Source of the DNA: a virus
Lineage: Duplodnaviria; Caudoviricetes
Direction: 5' to 3' (one strand)
Length of the DNA stretch: 55,115 nt
Virus record (IMG/VR): IMGVR_UViG_3300021406_000003
Span: 1-55,115 of that record
Every line of letters starts with the position of its first letter. Position 1 is the first letter of the stretch. The notes under the pieces are model-generated. The model was given only the letters and a program-made list of their open reading frames with translations, did not search any database and was not told where the DNA came from. The position numbers and the translations under genes are program-made. This document shows positions 9,279 to 17,782 of the stretch, piece after piece.

Positions 9279-9487
9279 CCTTCCCCCCCGGCTCCATCCT
9301 CACGCACCGCAAAGGCGGCACCTACACCGTCATCCTCACCCCTGACCTCTGCACCCTCGAGGAAACCCGCGAGCCCGCATACGCCTACCTCGCCCAAAGC
9401 ACCGGCAAAATTCACGTCCGCCGACAATCGGAGATGGAAGACGGGCGCTTCCGGCGTCTCAAAGAAGCGCAGGAGCCTCAGAGATAG
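9275..9487 (+). CDS. DUF1653-like protein
   Basis: THRKGGTYTVI...YAYLA...GKIHVR...DGRF. Confidence 0.75.
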   Translation: MTFPPGSILTHRKGGTYTVILTPDLCTLEETREPAYAYLAQSTGKIHVRRQSEMEDGRFRRLKEAQEPQR

Positions 9488-9875
9488 CTTTCTGGTATCC
9501 GTTGCCATTTCCATACAGACCAAACCGAGGATTGAGCCGGTACAAATGCCCCGCTCCTATTCTTCCCCCACGTAAGATAACGTTTCTTCGTAAAAGCTGC
9601 GTTATCGCCCGCGAAACACCCTGTTGCTTTAACCCGAGCGCCTTCCCTATCTGCGCCTGGGAAGTCACCGCGCATCCGTTCCCAACGCGCGTCTTCGAAA
9701 CCAAATAGCAAAGCACACGCAAGCTCTCCCCTCGTAACACCTTATCCCTGGCAGCCTTGTCCAAAGCCCCCTGGAATACCATCACAAACGGCGGCAGGGG
9801 ACTTTTTCTCCTCGAAGAAGCACCGTCCTCAACGACCTCATACGTCGTCGCGTCGATCTCAATCGTCTGGTTCAT
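9459..9875 (-). CDS. RepL-like winged-HTH replication/maintenance protein
   Basis: FVMVFQ...LRVLCYL...SQAQIGKALGLKQQGVSRAITQL...YRLNPRF. Confidence 0.7.
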   Translation of the reverse strand: MNQTIEIDATTYEVVEDGASSRRKSPLPPFVMVFQGALDKAARDKVLRGESLRVLCYLVSKTRVGNGCAVTSQAQIGKALGLKQQGVSRAITQLLRRNVILRGGRIGAGHLYRLNPRFGLYGNGNGYQKAISEAPALL

Positions 9876-10573
9876 TTCGCCCTCATACAACACCCACTAC
9901 AACACGGGTGTTGTACTGTTACTACACATAGGTAGTAAAGCCTTTCACGACACGAAACGCGCTTTCCCTTTATTCATACCGGAAAGATTCGCGCTCTTCT
10001 CCTTCATACTACTCCGCCCTCTTATTCTTATATACCTTATACGCGGAGGCACTCCGCAGTGAAGCCGTAGGCGTAACGGAATACCAAGCAACCCATTCAC
10101 TACTCTCAACTCGCCTCAGAAAAAATCTCTGCGCAAATTTTCACCGGGGGCACTAGCAAAGGGTGAAGATCATCCCCCACACCGCCGTAAGCCAGGGGTC
10201 ACCGGGTTGTCGTCGGCGATCGTCGTCGGTGCGCTGCGGGAGTGCGTCGTGCTTGGTAGGTGTTGCTTGTTTGCGAAGGGGGTGGGCGTGGCACGGGGCC
10301 GGCGTTGGGCGGTGCGGATGCTGGCCTTCAGGGTGCCGTCGGGCACCGTGGGGGCTCTCCTTAGCGGAGGTCGCCACCAACGGCATGGGATGCCATGGCA
10401 CCGGCGCACACAGCTACGACAAAAGACATGGCAGAGAGAGCAGGAAGGGGCTAGGATGTGTGTAGGGGGATGTGGTAATCCCTCGCTTACGAGTAGCTTT
10501 GGCCGGATCCTGGCGTATTGGCTGTGGTTTAGGCTTGGCTGTCGTTGTATGCTATGAATAGGAGCTTAGTGGT

Positions 10574-10735
10574 ATGAGAGACGTATACGTGCGCGTTGCG
10601 CGAGCGCGCATCGAGTTGGATGAGATTTCGGCTGCGGTGTGGAGACTGCAGACGGCGAAGGATGTGGAGGGACTAGCAGATGGTCGGTATCGGACGTATA
10701 CGATTTTGGTGCCGTCGCGTGAGGCATGCGTATGA
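10574..10735 (+). CDS. Hypothetical protein (53 aa)
   Basis: AGGAG SD; ATGA-coupled to next gene. Confidence 0.6.
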   Translation: MRDVYVRVARARIELDEISAAVWRLQTAKDVEGLADGRYRTYTILVPSREACV

Positions 10736-10950
10736 TCGTCGATATCCGGCAGAGTATCGGACCTCATGTGAGCCTTGGGACGTTTTGGCTTGACTTGCTG
10801 GAGCGCAAGATTGCTCAGTATGCGCGTCGGCCGGATCCCGGCGTGACGTTGATTTCCACGGGGCTTGATCGACATCGTCGGCCTCGGGTACGTATTGATC
10901 GAGAACCTGGGCGTATGTATATCGACGCCACGTCGCCTATTGAGCGATGA
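10732..10950 (+). CDS. Hypothetical protein
   Basis: Coupled; stop immediately before hammerhead 1. Confidence 0.6.
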   Translation: MIVDIRQSIGPHVSLGTFWLDLLERKIAQYARRPDPGVTLISTGLDRHRRPRVRIDREPGRMYIDATSPIER

Positions 10951-10951
10951 C

Positions 10952-11022
10952 GGCTTCGCCTGAAGAGTCTCAGCGTGTCGGTTGAGACGAAACGGCCTTG
11001 AGGCCGTCGCGGAATCCGATTC
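10952..11022 (+). ncRNA. Type I hammerhead ribozyme 1 (cleavage after C11008)
   Basis: CTGAAGA-stem II GTCTCAGC/GTTGAGAC-GAAA-stem III CGGCC/GGCCG-TC-stem I; loop II GTCGG can pair with downstream CCGAT. Confidence 0.92.
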
Positions 11023-11062
11023 CGTACTTTACTTTCTCTCATCTCTAGGAGTATTTCAGACC

Positions 11063-11395
11063 ATGTCTATTCCAGCTTCAGCGGCCAAGCTTGCTTCGGC
11101 TGACCACGGATCTCATGGGCAGCCGGGCAGTGGTGCTACGCAGCGCAGCGCCAGCGTATGGCGTCTCATTTCCGGGAAATTCGCGTGTCAAGTGCGGGAG
11201 CGATCCGGCAGTAATCAGGGATACATCGAATGGCATCACGAGCGCGAGGTAATATACCGCCACGCATCCCTAGATGAGCTCCTTGCCGTTGCGCTATCTG
11301 AGGAGAGCGTCCCTGAGATCAGGGCCGCGATTCGGGAAGCGATTGGCGATGCGGAGGATGCGATGGACGCGGCATCTACGTCCCAGACCGCCTGA
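11063..11395 (+). CDS. Hypothetical protein (110 aa) flanked by hammerheads
   Basis: TAGGAG SD; stop TGA is the UGA of the hammerhead 2 core. Confidence 0.8.
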   Translation: MSIPASAAKLASADHGSHGQPGSGATQRSASVWRLISGKFACQVRERSGSNQGYIEWHHEREVIYRHASLDELLAVALSEESVPEIRAAIREAIGDAEDAMDAASTSQTA

Positions 11396-11465
11396 CGAGG
11401 CTAGGCTGATCGGCCTAGCCGAAACCGGAACGCTTGCGGGCGTTCCTGGTCGCGGAATCCGATCT
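11388..11465 (+). ncRNA. Type I hammerhead ribozyme 2 (cleavage after C11451)
   Basis: CCGC-CTGACGA-GGCTAGG/CCTAGCC-GAAA-CCGGAACGC/GCGTTCCTGG-TC-GCGG; loop GATCGG pairs with downstream CCGATC. Confidence 0.92.
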
Positions 11466-11593
11466 TCCATCGAGGTTCTTCGCCGCCTTGCGTAACCGGC
11501 TAGGCGCGTTGCTCCCCCTGTGTACTCCTATTCCGGGGGGAGCGACGAGGTGCTTTTGGTTGGTAGGAATAGGGTGTTAGGAGTGCTTCGCTT

Positions 11594-11851
11594 ATGTATA
11601 CCGTGACGAACTTCCGCACGAAGAAGGCGCTGAAGGATGCGCTGATCGCAGGCAAGCGTGTGGAAGTGTACCAGCCCAACGGAGATATCTTTGGGCGCGC
11701 ACCGCAAACAGAGGGGCGCGTGGCGATCGAAGGGCCGCATTATCCCGAGCCTCACCGTTGGTATGCCGAGGCGATCATTGCTGGCGGCGTTATCGTTTCT
11801 CTCGACGGGAAGAGCGTTGAGAAGATGCGCGCGAAGGCGGCTATATCATGA
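11594..11851 (+). CDS. Conserved phage hypothetical protein
   Basis: NFRTKKALK...EGPHYPEPHRWYA motif; TAGGAG SD. Confidence 0.75.
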   Translation: MYTVTNFRTKKALKDALIAGKRVEVYQPNGDIFGRAPQTEGRVAIEGPHYPEPHRWYAEAIIAGGVIVSLDGKSVEKMRAKAAIS

Positions 11852-12094
11852 GCCGATTCGCTGCGTCAAGCTTTGGCCGGGAATGTGGCCAAGCGTACTT
11901 GCGCGAGAACGGGTTCGCAGTACACGACATAGGGGAGACTTCGTGAGTTCCTCTGCGCGCGGGCGCGTAGGCGCGCGGGAGGCTTTGCGGGCTGCGAGCT
12001 TGCGCTTGCCGCTTCCTGGGCAGCTCTCGCTCTTGGAGGAGTATGCGCTTTCCGGGGCCTTTTTCACACTAACCTTCAGGAGTTTTTCCGAGCT

Positions 12095-12349
12095 ATGCTT
12101 ACTGCTTTGCCTGCTGCCGTTCCTCCCAGCTCTCCTGAGATCGAGAAGGCCAAGGCTGCCTGTGTGGCATACTTGCCAACGATCGAGCGGACTTCGCCTG
12201 GCGACGGCGGGGCGCTCAAAGTGCCCTTTGGGGGCTCGTACGTTCGCGTGACGTGCTACCACCGCGCTGACGGAGAGCTTGTCGTCAAAGTTACTCGCCC
12301 GCACCGGGTTCGGCATTACCACCTCGTTTTTTCGGAGACGCAACCATGA
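12095..12349 (+). CDS. Hypothetical protein
   Basis: AGGAG SD. Confidence 0.65.
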   Translation: MLTALPAAVPPSSPEIEKAKAACVAYLPTIERTSPGDGGALKVPFGGSYVRVTCYHRADGELVVKVTRPHRVRHYHLVFSETQP

Positions 12350-12792
12350 TGACGCTGTGCGATCTATGCCGTTCCCCTGAGCTTGATGCCGCTAAGGATG
12401 CGTGCCACTCCGCACGGATAGCCGCTCACGAGGCCGCGAATATCGCCGAGGAGCACTTGCAGCGGATGCGCCTGGAATATCATCTCGTCTTCGACCGATT
12501 GCATCGGGAGCATCCACACCCGTATACGGAGACGCACCCGAAGGCGAGTGAGGAGTTTGCCTCTTGGATGAAGGCCCCGCATGCAGAGCTCATAGCCGAG
12601 CTTCACCGGCGGGGATATGGGGACTTCGCCGCTTGGTGCGGGGCAAATAACGCGCGCGTGAATTATGCTTTGCAGCTCTTGGAGGCCGCAGAGCTTCTCG
12701 TTTGCGGAAAGTGCGGGCATCGGCCGCTGCTCACGATTTTACAATCGCAATCTACGCTCGGGCCGACCCCGCCGCCGGAGAAGCGCGCATGA
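12346..12792 (+). CDS. Hypothetical protein with two CxxC pairs
   Basis: CDLC...CGKC; coupled. Confidence 0.65.
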   Translation: MMTLCDLCRSPELDAAKDACHSARIAAHEAANIAEEHLQRMRLEYHLVFDRLHREHPHPYTETHPKASEEFASWMKAPHAELIAELHRRGYGDFAAWCGANNARVNYALQLLEAAELLVCGKCGHRPLLTILQSQSTLGPTPPPEKRA

Positions 12793-13172
12793 GTTACACG
12801 CCCGAGGAGATCGAGTCCGCGCTGACCGAGGCGAAGGCCCTACTGCGCCATCGCCACGGGGACAACCGCCGCGCGCTAGTCGAGATTATCGAACAGCTCC
12901 GAGCCGACTTACGGCACATGGATAGCGAGCGCGCTTTGGCAGGGGATGAAGCGCAGCATTGGGCAACGCGGGCGATGCGAGCGGAGACCAAACTCGAGCA
13001 CGCCGAGCAACAGCATGCGAAACTGATTGATGCGCTCGAGGCCATTCTGGAGATTCCTAGACCTCGAGAGGTGCAAGGGGACACTGCATTCGCCGTTATC
13101 GTGAACGCGCGGAGCGACGGCTACAATCTCGCTTTGGATGCCGTGCGCGCCGCCGCGAAGGCGCACGAGTGA
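12789..13172 (+). CDS. Coiled-coil hypothetical protein
   Basis: ATGA coupling, GGAG SD. Confidence 0.65.
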   Translation: MSYTPEEIESALTEAKALLRHRHGDNRRALVEIIEQLRADLRHMDSERALAGDEAQHWATRAMRAETKLEHAEQQHAKLIDALEAILEIPRPREVQGDTAFAVIVNARSDGYNLALDAVRAAAKAHE

Positions 13173-13540
13173 AGCGCTTCGCCACGCTTGATGATCTGTA
13201 CGCGGCCATTCCGCCGACCGCGTGCAAGGGGCTCTGCTGGGAATCGTGTATTGCCGGCGTCCGCGCGCACCCCGATGAGCACGAGCGCATGCGTAAGCTA
13301 GCCGAGAACCGCCCGACGGTCGCGAAAGTTGGACATGGGCAATGCCGTTATCTCACGCTCGAGCGGCGCTGCTCGGTGTACGAGGCGCGTCCGCTCATCT
13401 GTCGGCTGTATGGTGCGATCGAGAACTCGCAGATCGGATGCGAGCATGGGTGCTGCGATGAGCCGCTCGTCGAGGCCGAGAGCTTCGAGCTCATGAAAGC
13501 GTACGTTCTGTTGCGTTCCGGGCAGTACGAGCCGATCTAG
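13169..13540 (+). CDS. YkgJ-family (CxxCxxCC) Zn/Fe-S cluster protein
   Basis: CKGLCWESC...CRYL...CSVYEARPLICRLYG. Confidence 0.88.
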   Translation: MKRFATLDDLYAAIPPTACKGLCWESCIAGVRAHPDEHERMRKLAENRPTVAKVGHGQCRYLTLERRCSVYEARPLICRLYGAIENSQIGCEHGCCDEPLVEAESFELMKAYVLLRSGQYEPI

Positions 13541-13713
13541 TGCCCGGTGAGCGCGTGGTACGCCGTGGCGGCCGCTGCGAGGTACAGGAGAACGATGACC
13601 ACGCTCAATGCCCCGCGTTGAGGCGCATGAGCACGTACAGAGCTGCGAAGACGCCTAGAGCTACCATGAGCTCGAGCGTACGACGCTGAGATTATGGGGT
13701 GATGAAGACCACA

Positions 13714-13750
13714 TAAAGAGACCCCGGCGTGCGTTGCCGGGGTCTCTTTA
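13714..13750. terminator. Bidirectional intrinsic terminator between convergent operons
   Basis: Perfect 15-bp inverted repeat TAAAGAGACCCCGGC/GCCGGGGTCTCTTTA. Confidence 0.8.
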
Positions 13751-13775
13751 CTTGCAGTCTCTCTCGTGCTTTGCC

Positions 13776-15143
13776 TTATATGTCCTTGGAGTCTTGGCGC
13801 TCGGTTTCCGCGATGTACCGGATGATTCCCTCCGAAAAGCCGTCGAAGTGCGCTGTCCAGCCCTTGCCGTAGCCCACACCGTTCTGCGATGATGCGACAT
13901 TGAGCATATAGGCTTTGCGAGCGACCGGCGTCGGCACGCGGTCTTCGGTCTGCTCGTCGCTGATGACGATGAGGCGGTCGTGCGGCACCTGCGCGTTGAT
14001 GTGCTCGATGGCTGCACCGAGGCGCGTTGAGCCGTGGGGTTGGGAGTTCAGCACCGCATCGACGCCCGCGAGGCCCCGCCTGGGCGGAACTTCGCGGATT
14101 TCACCGCTGAAGCTGAAGACGCGGAGCTTCTCGCATCGGATGACGCTGGCGAGTGTGGCGGCTGCATCGCAGCGCTTGAGGTCTGACTTGGCCGAGAGGG
14201 GCGAATCCATCGAGCCGGAGATATCGACGAGCACGACGGTCGTGCCGGGCAGCACGGGGGATTCCTCGATGCTCGCGCAGAGTGCCTCGTCGATCGCGGC
14301 TTCCCACATGGGGACCGCTCGCGCCGCAGCGATGTAGCGGAACGGGAGAACGCGATACGCTCCGTGCCCTCTTGCGCGGACGGCATCGAGCACGAGCTTC
14401 TCGTCGCAGCCGGCTTGCTGCATGTTCCGTAGGTTACGCAATAATGCAAAGTAACCAAGCTTTCCCTCGCGAATGAGGCTTTCGAACGTCTCTTTCTTTG
14501 CCTTGCCCGAGCTCAAGAGCACTTCCCACGTTTCAGGCGTGGCGAGCTCCTTGGATGCTAGGCGCTTCCACATCGCCGCCTGTTCGTCGTTGTCAGGCCG
14601 AGGGTGGACCATGAACATGACGTCGCGCAACTTTATTGCACCGTCTCGGTTGTACTTTTGTAAATTATATTCATCAAACGAGGCGAACGCTTGGGCAAGG
14701 CCCTTCTTGACCTGAGCCGAGAGCTTGGGCTTCACCTTATCCGGCGTGACGCCATTGAGGCGCGCATACACGACGAGGAACTCAGCGAGCTCATCCGCGC
14801 GCTGAATCGTATTAGCGATTGCACAGGAGACGAGACTGTTGCCGCGCCCACGCCGTGCGAGCACGGAGAGCAGAAGCAGCGGAACGTGGCGGAGATGAAA
14901 CTTCGAGCGAGCCTCATGCGCGAGCGCTGCGAGGGTCTCGATAGGGACCTTCTCGGCGTTCTCGACGATGCGGTCGGCAATGCTCTGACCGTTTTCATAG
15001 TAACCCTCTTCCCAAAGCAAGCAAGAAAGCACCGACCGACGGAGCTGCTGCTCTGCGTTGAGGTGTGGGTATGCGGGTCCGCCTTCGTGGGTTAGGACGG
15101 GCGGGCGCTCGAGGGGCACGTTGAGCCGGGACATGGACGCCAT
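13776..15143 (-). CDS. rsr: Ro60/Rsr orthologue (TROVE + vWA domains)
   Basis: THEGG, LRRSVLSCLLWE..YE.G, IQRADE, KYNRDGAIKLRDVMFMVHP, TWE, ALLRNLRN, VLPFRY, MIDAS DISGSM; start 15143 or 15134. Confidence 0.95.
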   Translation of the reverse strand: MASMSRLNVPLERPPVLTHEGGPAYPHLNAEQQLRRSVLSCLLWEEGYYENGQSIADRIVENAEKVPIETLAALAHEARSKFHLRHVPLLLLSVLARRGRGNSLVSCAIANTIQRADELAEFLVVYARLNGVTPDKVKPKLSAQVKKGLAQAFASFDEYNLQKYNRDGAIKLRDVMFMVHPRPDNDEQAAMWKRLASKELATPETWEVLLSSGKAKKETFESLIREGKLGYFALLRNLRNMQQAGCDEKLVLDAVRARGHGAYRVLPFRYIAAARAVPMWEAAIDEALCASIEESPVLPGTTVVLVDISGSMDSPLSAKSDLKRCDAAATLASVIRCEKLRVFSFSGEIREVPPRRGLAGVDAVLNSQPHGSTRLGAAIEHINAQVPHDRLIVISDEQTEDRVPTPVARKAYMLNVASSQNGVGYGKGWTAHFDGFSEGIIRYIAETERQDSKDI

Positions 15144-15164
15144 CTCTTTCTGGAGAGGATTGTT

Positions 15165-15306
15165 GACCGGGGAACAGGCGAGGATAGGGTGTTTTTGTGC
15201 TTCTGCTCTACCAGTTGAGCTACGCGATCGCCTTGCGGCGGTCCCGGAGGGAATCGAACCCCCAACCTGAGGCGTCCGATGCACCTAGCCCTCTACGCCA
15301 CCGATC
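15165..15306 (-). ncRNA. Y RNA-like (YrlA-type) RNA, copy A
   Basis: Terminal stem TGGCGTAG...TCGCCTGTTC enclosing a permuted tRNA: T arm GGGGG-TTCGATT-CCCTC, GCAA-capped acceptor-like stem, D arm GCTC-AACTGGTA-GAGC. Confidence 0.88.
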
Positions 15307-15316
15307 TGAAACTGTT

Positions 15317-15449
15317 GGCCCAGGAACAGGCGACCCTGAGGTTTTACCGTGTTACCGCTACACTACGCGGCGCCTTGCGGCACCGTGCCGGGACTCGAAC
15401 CCGGGATGGCTCGCGTTGATCGAGGAACTCAGTTTCTACGCCATGGACC
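15317..15449 (-). ncRNA. Y RNA-like (YrlA-type) RNA, copy B
   Basis: Same terminal motifs; T arm CCGGG-TTCGAGT-CCCGG, GCAA-capped stem, D arm GTGT-AGCGGTA-ACAC. Confidence 0.88.
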
Positions 15450-15471
15450 TAATTGGTGTGTGATGGGATAC

Positions 15472-15535
15472 GCTCAGAGAACAAGCACCACCGGGTTTTC
15501 TTTGAACGAAGTAACCGGCGGTTACGCTACCGAGC
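15472..15535 (-). ncRNA. Minimal Y RNA-like RNA (Ro-binding stem only), copy C
   Basis: GCTCGG-TAGCGTAA...TGCTTGTTC-TCTGAGC; no tRNA domain. Confidence 0.7.
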
Positions 15536-15541
15536 CCGCCG

Positions 15542-15570
15542 ATGCTCTCACACGCGCGAGACGCTGTCAA
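15542..15570 (-). promoter_or_regulatory. Promoter for the Y RNA-Ro60 operon
   Basis: TTGACA-17-GAGCAT with extended TG; predicted start coincides with the 5' end of copy C. Confidence 0.6.
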
Positions 15571-15711
15571 GACCCTACTTGCACGCATATCGAGGGAGTC
15601 CGTACACACGCAAGCATCCGGCCCCCTCGAGCCCTACCGCGCCACCAGCCGGGCCAGCATTCATGCACGTTAACGAACGTGGTGCGCGTTCCCGGCGGCT
15701 TCTTCGCGCTT

Positions 15712-16143
15712 TCAGGACCCTCCCGCCCGGAGGTATGCCTCGACGTGATCGGGTGGCGGGGGCTCCCATCCGAGAAGCCTGCGCTTTGGGGCCGTCGTTA
15801 CGCTAGGATCGTTCGAACGGGTGGGGGCTATACTTTGAGCCACCCGCGCCGATTCCGTGGATTGTGGGGCATTGTAGGGGCCTTTATCGAGGTCCGCGCT
15901 TTCGGCCTCTTCGCCTCGAACGCGCATGCGGTCTTTGGCGTCGTGATAAGCGTTCTCGCACGCTTCGTGGAGGTGTCGAGGAACGCGGAAGCCCCAGGAC
16001 GTCTCGACCATGACCGAGGGCGGGTAGTGCGGCGTGATCGGTAGCGGGTTGGTCTCCCGGAGCGTCTTGCGCTCTGCCGGCGGCATTGTCCATGGCCCGG
16101 CGGGATTGTCGCGATACAGCTCGTCGTCGTCGAAGGTGCTCAT
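15712..16143 (-). CDS. Hypothetical protein (143 aa)
   Basis: GAGGGG SD before MSTFDDDE. Confidence 0.65.
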   Translation of the reverse strand: MSTFDDDELYRDNPAGPWTMPPAERKTLRETNPLPITPHYPPSVMVETSWGFRVPRHLHEACENAYHDAKDRMRVRGEEAESADLDKGPYNAPQSTESARVAQSIAPTRSNDPSVTTAPKRRLLGWEPPPPDHVEAYLRAGGS

Positions 16144-16175
16144 GCTTGCCCCCCCCCTCACGTCCTGAGTGTACA

Positions 16176-17117
16176 TCACGGCAGATTCCGGGGGAAACCG
16201 CGCACTTTCCAGCTCGTGAGCGCAGCGATGCCGAGCATGCCGAAGACCACGCCGGCCGTTACCGCCGGGGAGATGTCGAGACCGCCGATGCCGTGGATGG
16301 CGAGCTTGAAGGCAACGAAGGCCAGGATACCGATGACCGCGAGGTTGAGATGCGTGAGGTATTGCTTGAGTGCCTCGAGCACGAAGTACAGCGAGCGTAG
16401 TCCGAGAATCGCGAAGACCATGGCCGAGTAAATCAGCATCGGGCTTTTGGTGACGGCGATGACCGTCGGGACCGAGTCGAAGCTGAACATGATATCCGTC
16501 ACCTCGATGGCGATGAGGCAGAGAAAGAGCGGGGTCGCGCGGCGGAGCGAAAAGAACCGATGGCCGTCGCACTGTGAGGTCACGGGGAGCCATGTCTTCA
16601 CCCCCCGGATGTACCACCGGCTCGAATGATCGACTTCCCCGCCCTCCTCCCCGCCCTGTGCGAGCTTGAGCGCCGACCACGCGACGAACGCGGCGAAGAC
16701 GATTTCCATGGGGCGGCCGATGAGCGCGAGCGCGCCGACCCCGATGGTCACGAAGAGTAGCCGGGACACCATCGCCCCGAGCACGCCGAAGTGGAGAATG
16801 CGGTGGTGGTAGTCGGGCTTGACCCCGAAGTACGCAAAGACGGAGCCGAAGACCATGAGGTTATCGACCGAGAGCGCTTTCTCGAGGCCGTAGCCGGTGA
16901 GGAACAGCGTCATATCACCGATGCCCTCGTTGAGCGCGAGATACACAGCGAAGACCAAGGCGGCGCCGATGTAGATCATGCTCCAGGCCATCGCGTCGGG
17001 GAGGGTGATAGATTTATGGTTTCGGTGCGCGCGTAGGTCGGCAACGAGCGTTCCCGCGACGAGGCCGAGGAAGACGGCAAGAGTACACATAGCTGCTTTC
17101 AGATCGAGAAAGGGCAC
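16176..17117 (-). CDS. terC: TerC/Alx family integral membrane protein
   Basis: GYGLEKALSVDNL, RRILHFGVLGA, IEVTDIMFSFDSVP, FAILGLRSLYF. Confidence 0.95.
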   Translation of the reverse strand: MPFLDLKAAMCTLAVFLGLVAGTLVADLRAHRNHKSITLPDAMAWSMIYIGAALVFAVYLALNEGIGDMTLFLTGYGLEKALSVDNLMVFGSVFAYFGVKPDYHHRILHFGVLGAMVSRLLFVTIGVGALALIGRPMEIVFAAFVAWSALKLAQGGEEGGEVDHSSRWYIRGVKTWLPVTSQCDGHRFFSLRRATPLFLCLIAIEVTDIMFSFDSVPTVIAVTKSPMLIYSAMVFAILGLRSLYFVLEALKQYLTHLNLAVIGILAFVAFKLAIHGIGGLDISPAVTAGVVFGMLGIAALTSWKVRGFPRNLP

Positions 17118-17149
17118 AGCCTGTTACGAGCGGTGCCCCGGTGTGTATC

Positions 17150-17782
17150 TTAGGCGTTGCGCGCGAGCCAGGCGATCTTCGCGAGGCTGAGTTCGCCGCT
17201 GTCCGCGAACGGCACCGTCGAGCTCACGTCGATCTTGAGGTTGTCGTCGACGTACGCGAGGAACTCCTTGGCTCCTTGGTCGTTGCCGACTTGGATGATG
17301 CAGAAGCCGATGTGCGGGCGACCGGAGTCGTTGCCGGCCTTGTTCATTGCGGTGATGACAGCGTTCTTATCGTCGGCCATGCCGTCGGTGTACACGATGC
17401 CAAGCACGTCCTCTTTGGAGTGCCGAGCGATGTTCTCGATCTCGTCGAGCGCGGCCGCGAGATTGGTGGAACCGCTGGGATGGAACTCGCGAAAGACGCT
17501 CTTGACCTCATCGGGCGTAACTCCGACTTTCACATGCGCGGAGCTGCTGAAGAAAATGAGCGTGAGCCCTCCGGTAGCCCCCGCGGCGACGGCGTCTCGA
17601 GCGACCGCGGTCACGGTCTCCTCGAGCTCTTCCCATTTGGTCTTGCCGGCCATGCGGATTGAGGGCTCGCCCATGGAGCCGCTCTTGTCGAGCGCGATGG
17701 CGATGCGCAGGCTCTTGAGGACCTCGTCGGTCTCTTCGCGGACTTCGTTTTCGGATAGCGTTCTCACGCTCTGAGTACTCAT
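17150..17782 (-). CDS. vWA-domain protein (ter-cluster associated type)
   Basis: MIDAS DKSGSM, GSTNLAAAL, YTDG, IQVGND..A..FL..VDD. Confidence 0.88.
   Translation of the reverse strand: MSTQSVRTLSENEVREETDEVLKSLRIAIALDKSGSMGEPSIRMAGKTKWEELEETVTAVARDAVAAGATGGLTLIFFSSSAHVKVGVTPDEVKSVFREFHPSGSTNLAAALDEIENIARHSKEDVLGIVYTDGMADDKNAVITAMNKAGNDSGRPHIGFCIIQVGNDQGAKEFLAYVDDNLKIDVSSTVPFADSGELSLAKIAWLARNA

Noticed and set aside
11470-11560. Pistol or twister ribozyme
   Set aside because: GCGTT and AGGTGC are suggestive, but the conserved junction and P1 pseudoknot could not be built
15165-15449. tRNA genes or pseudogenes
   Set aside because: The T arm precedes the D arm, the acceptor stem is loop-closed and there is no anticodon loop; this is Y RNA architecture
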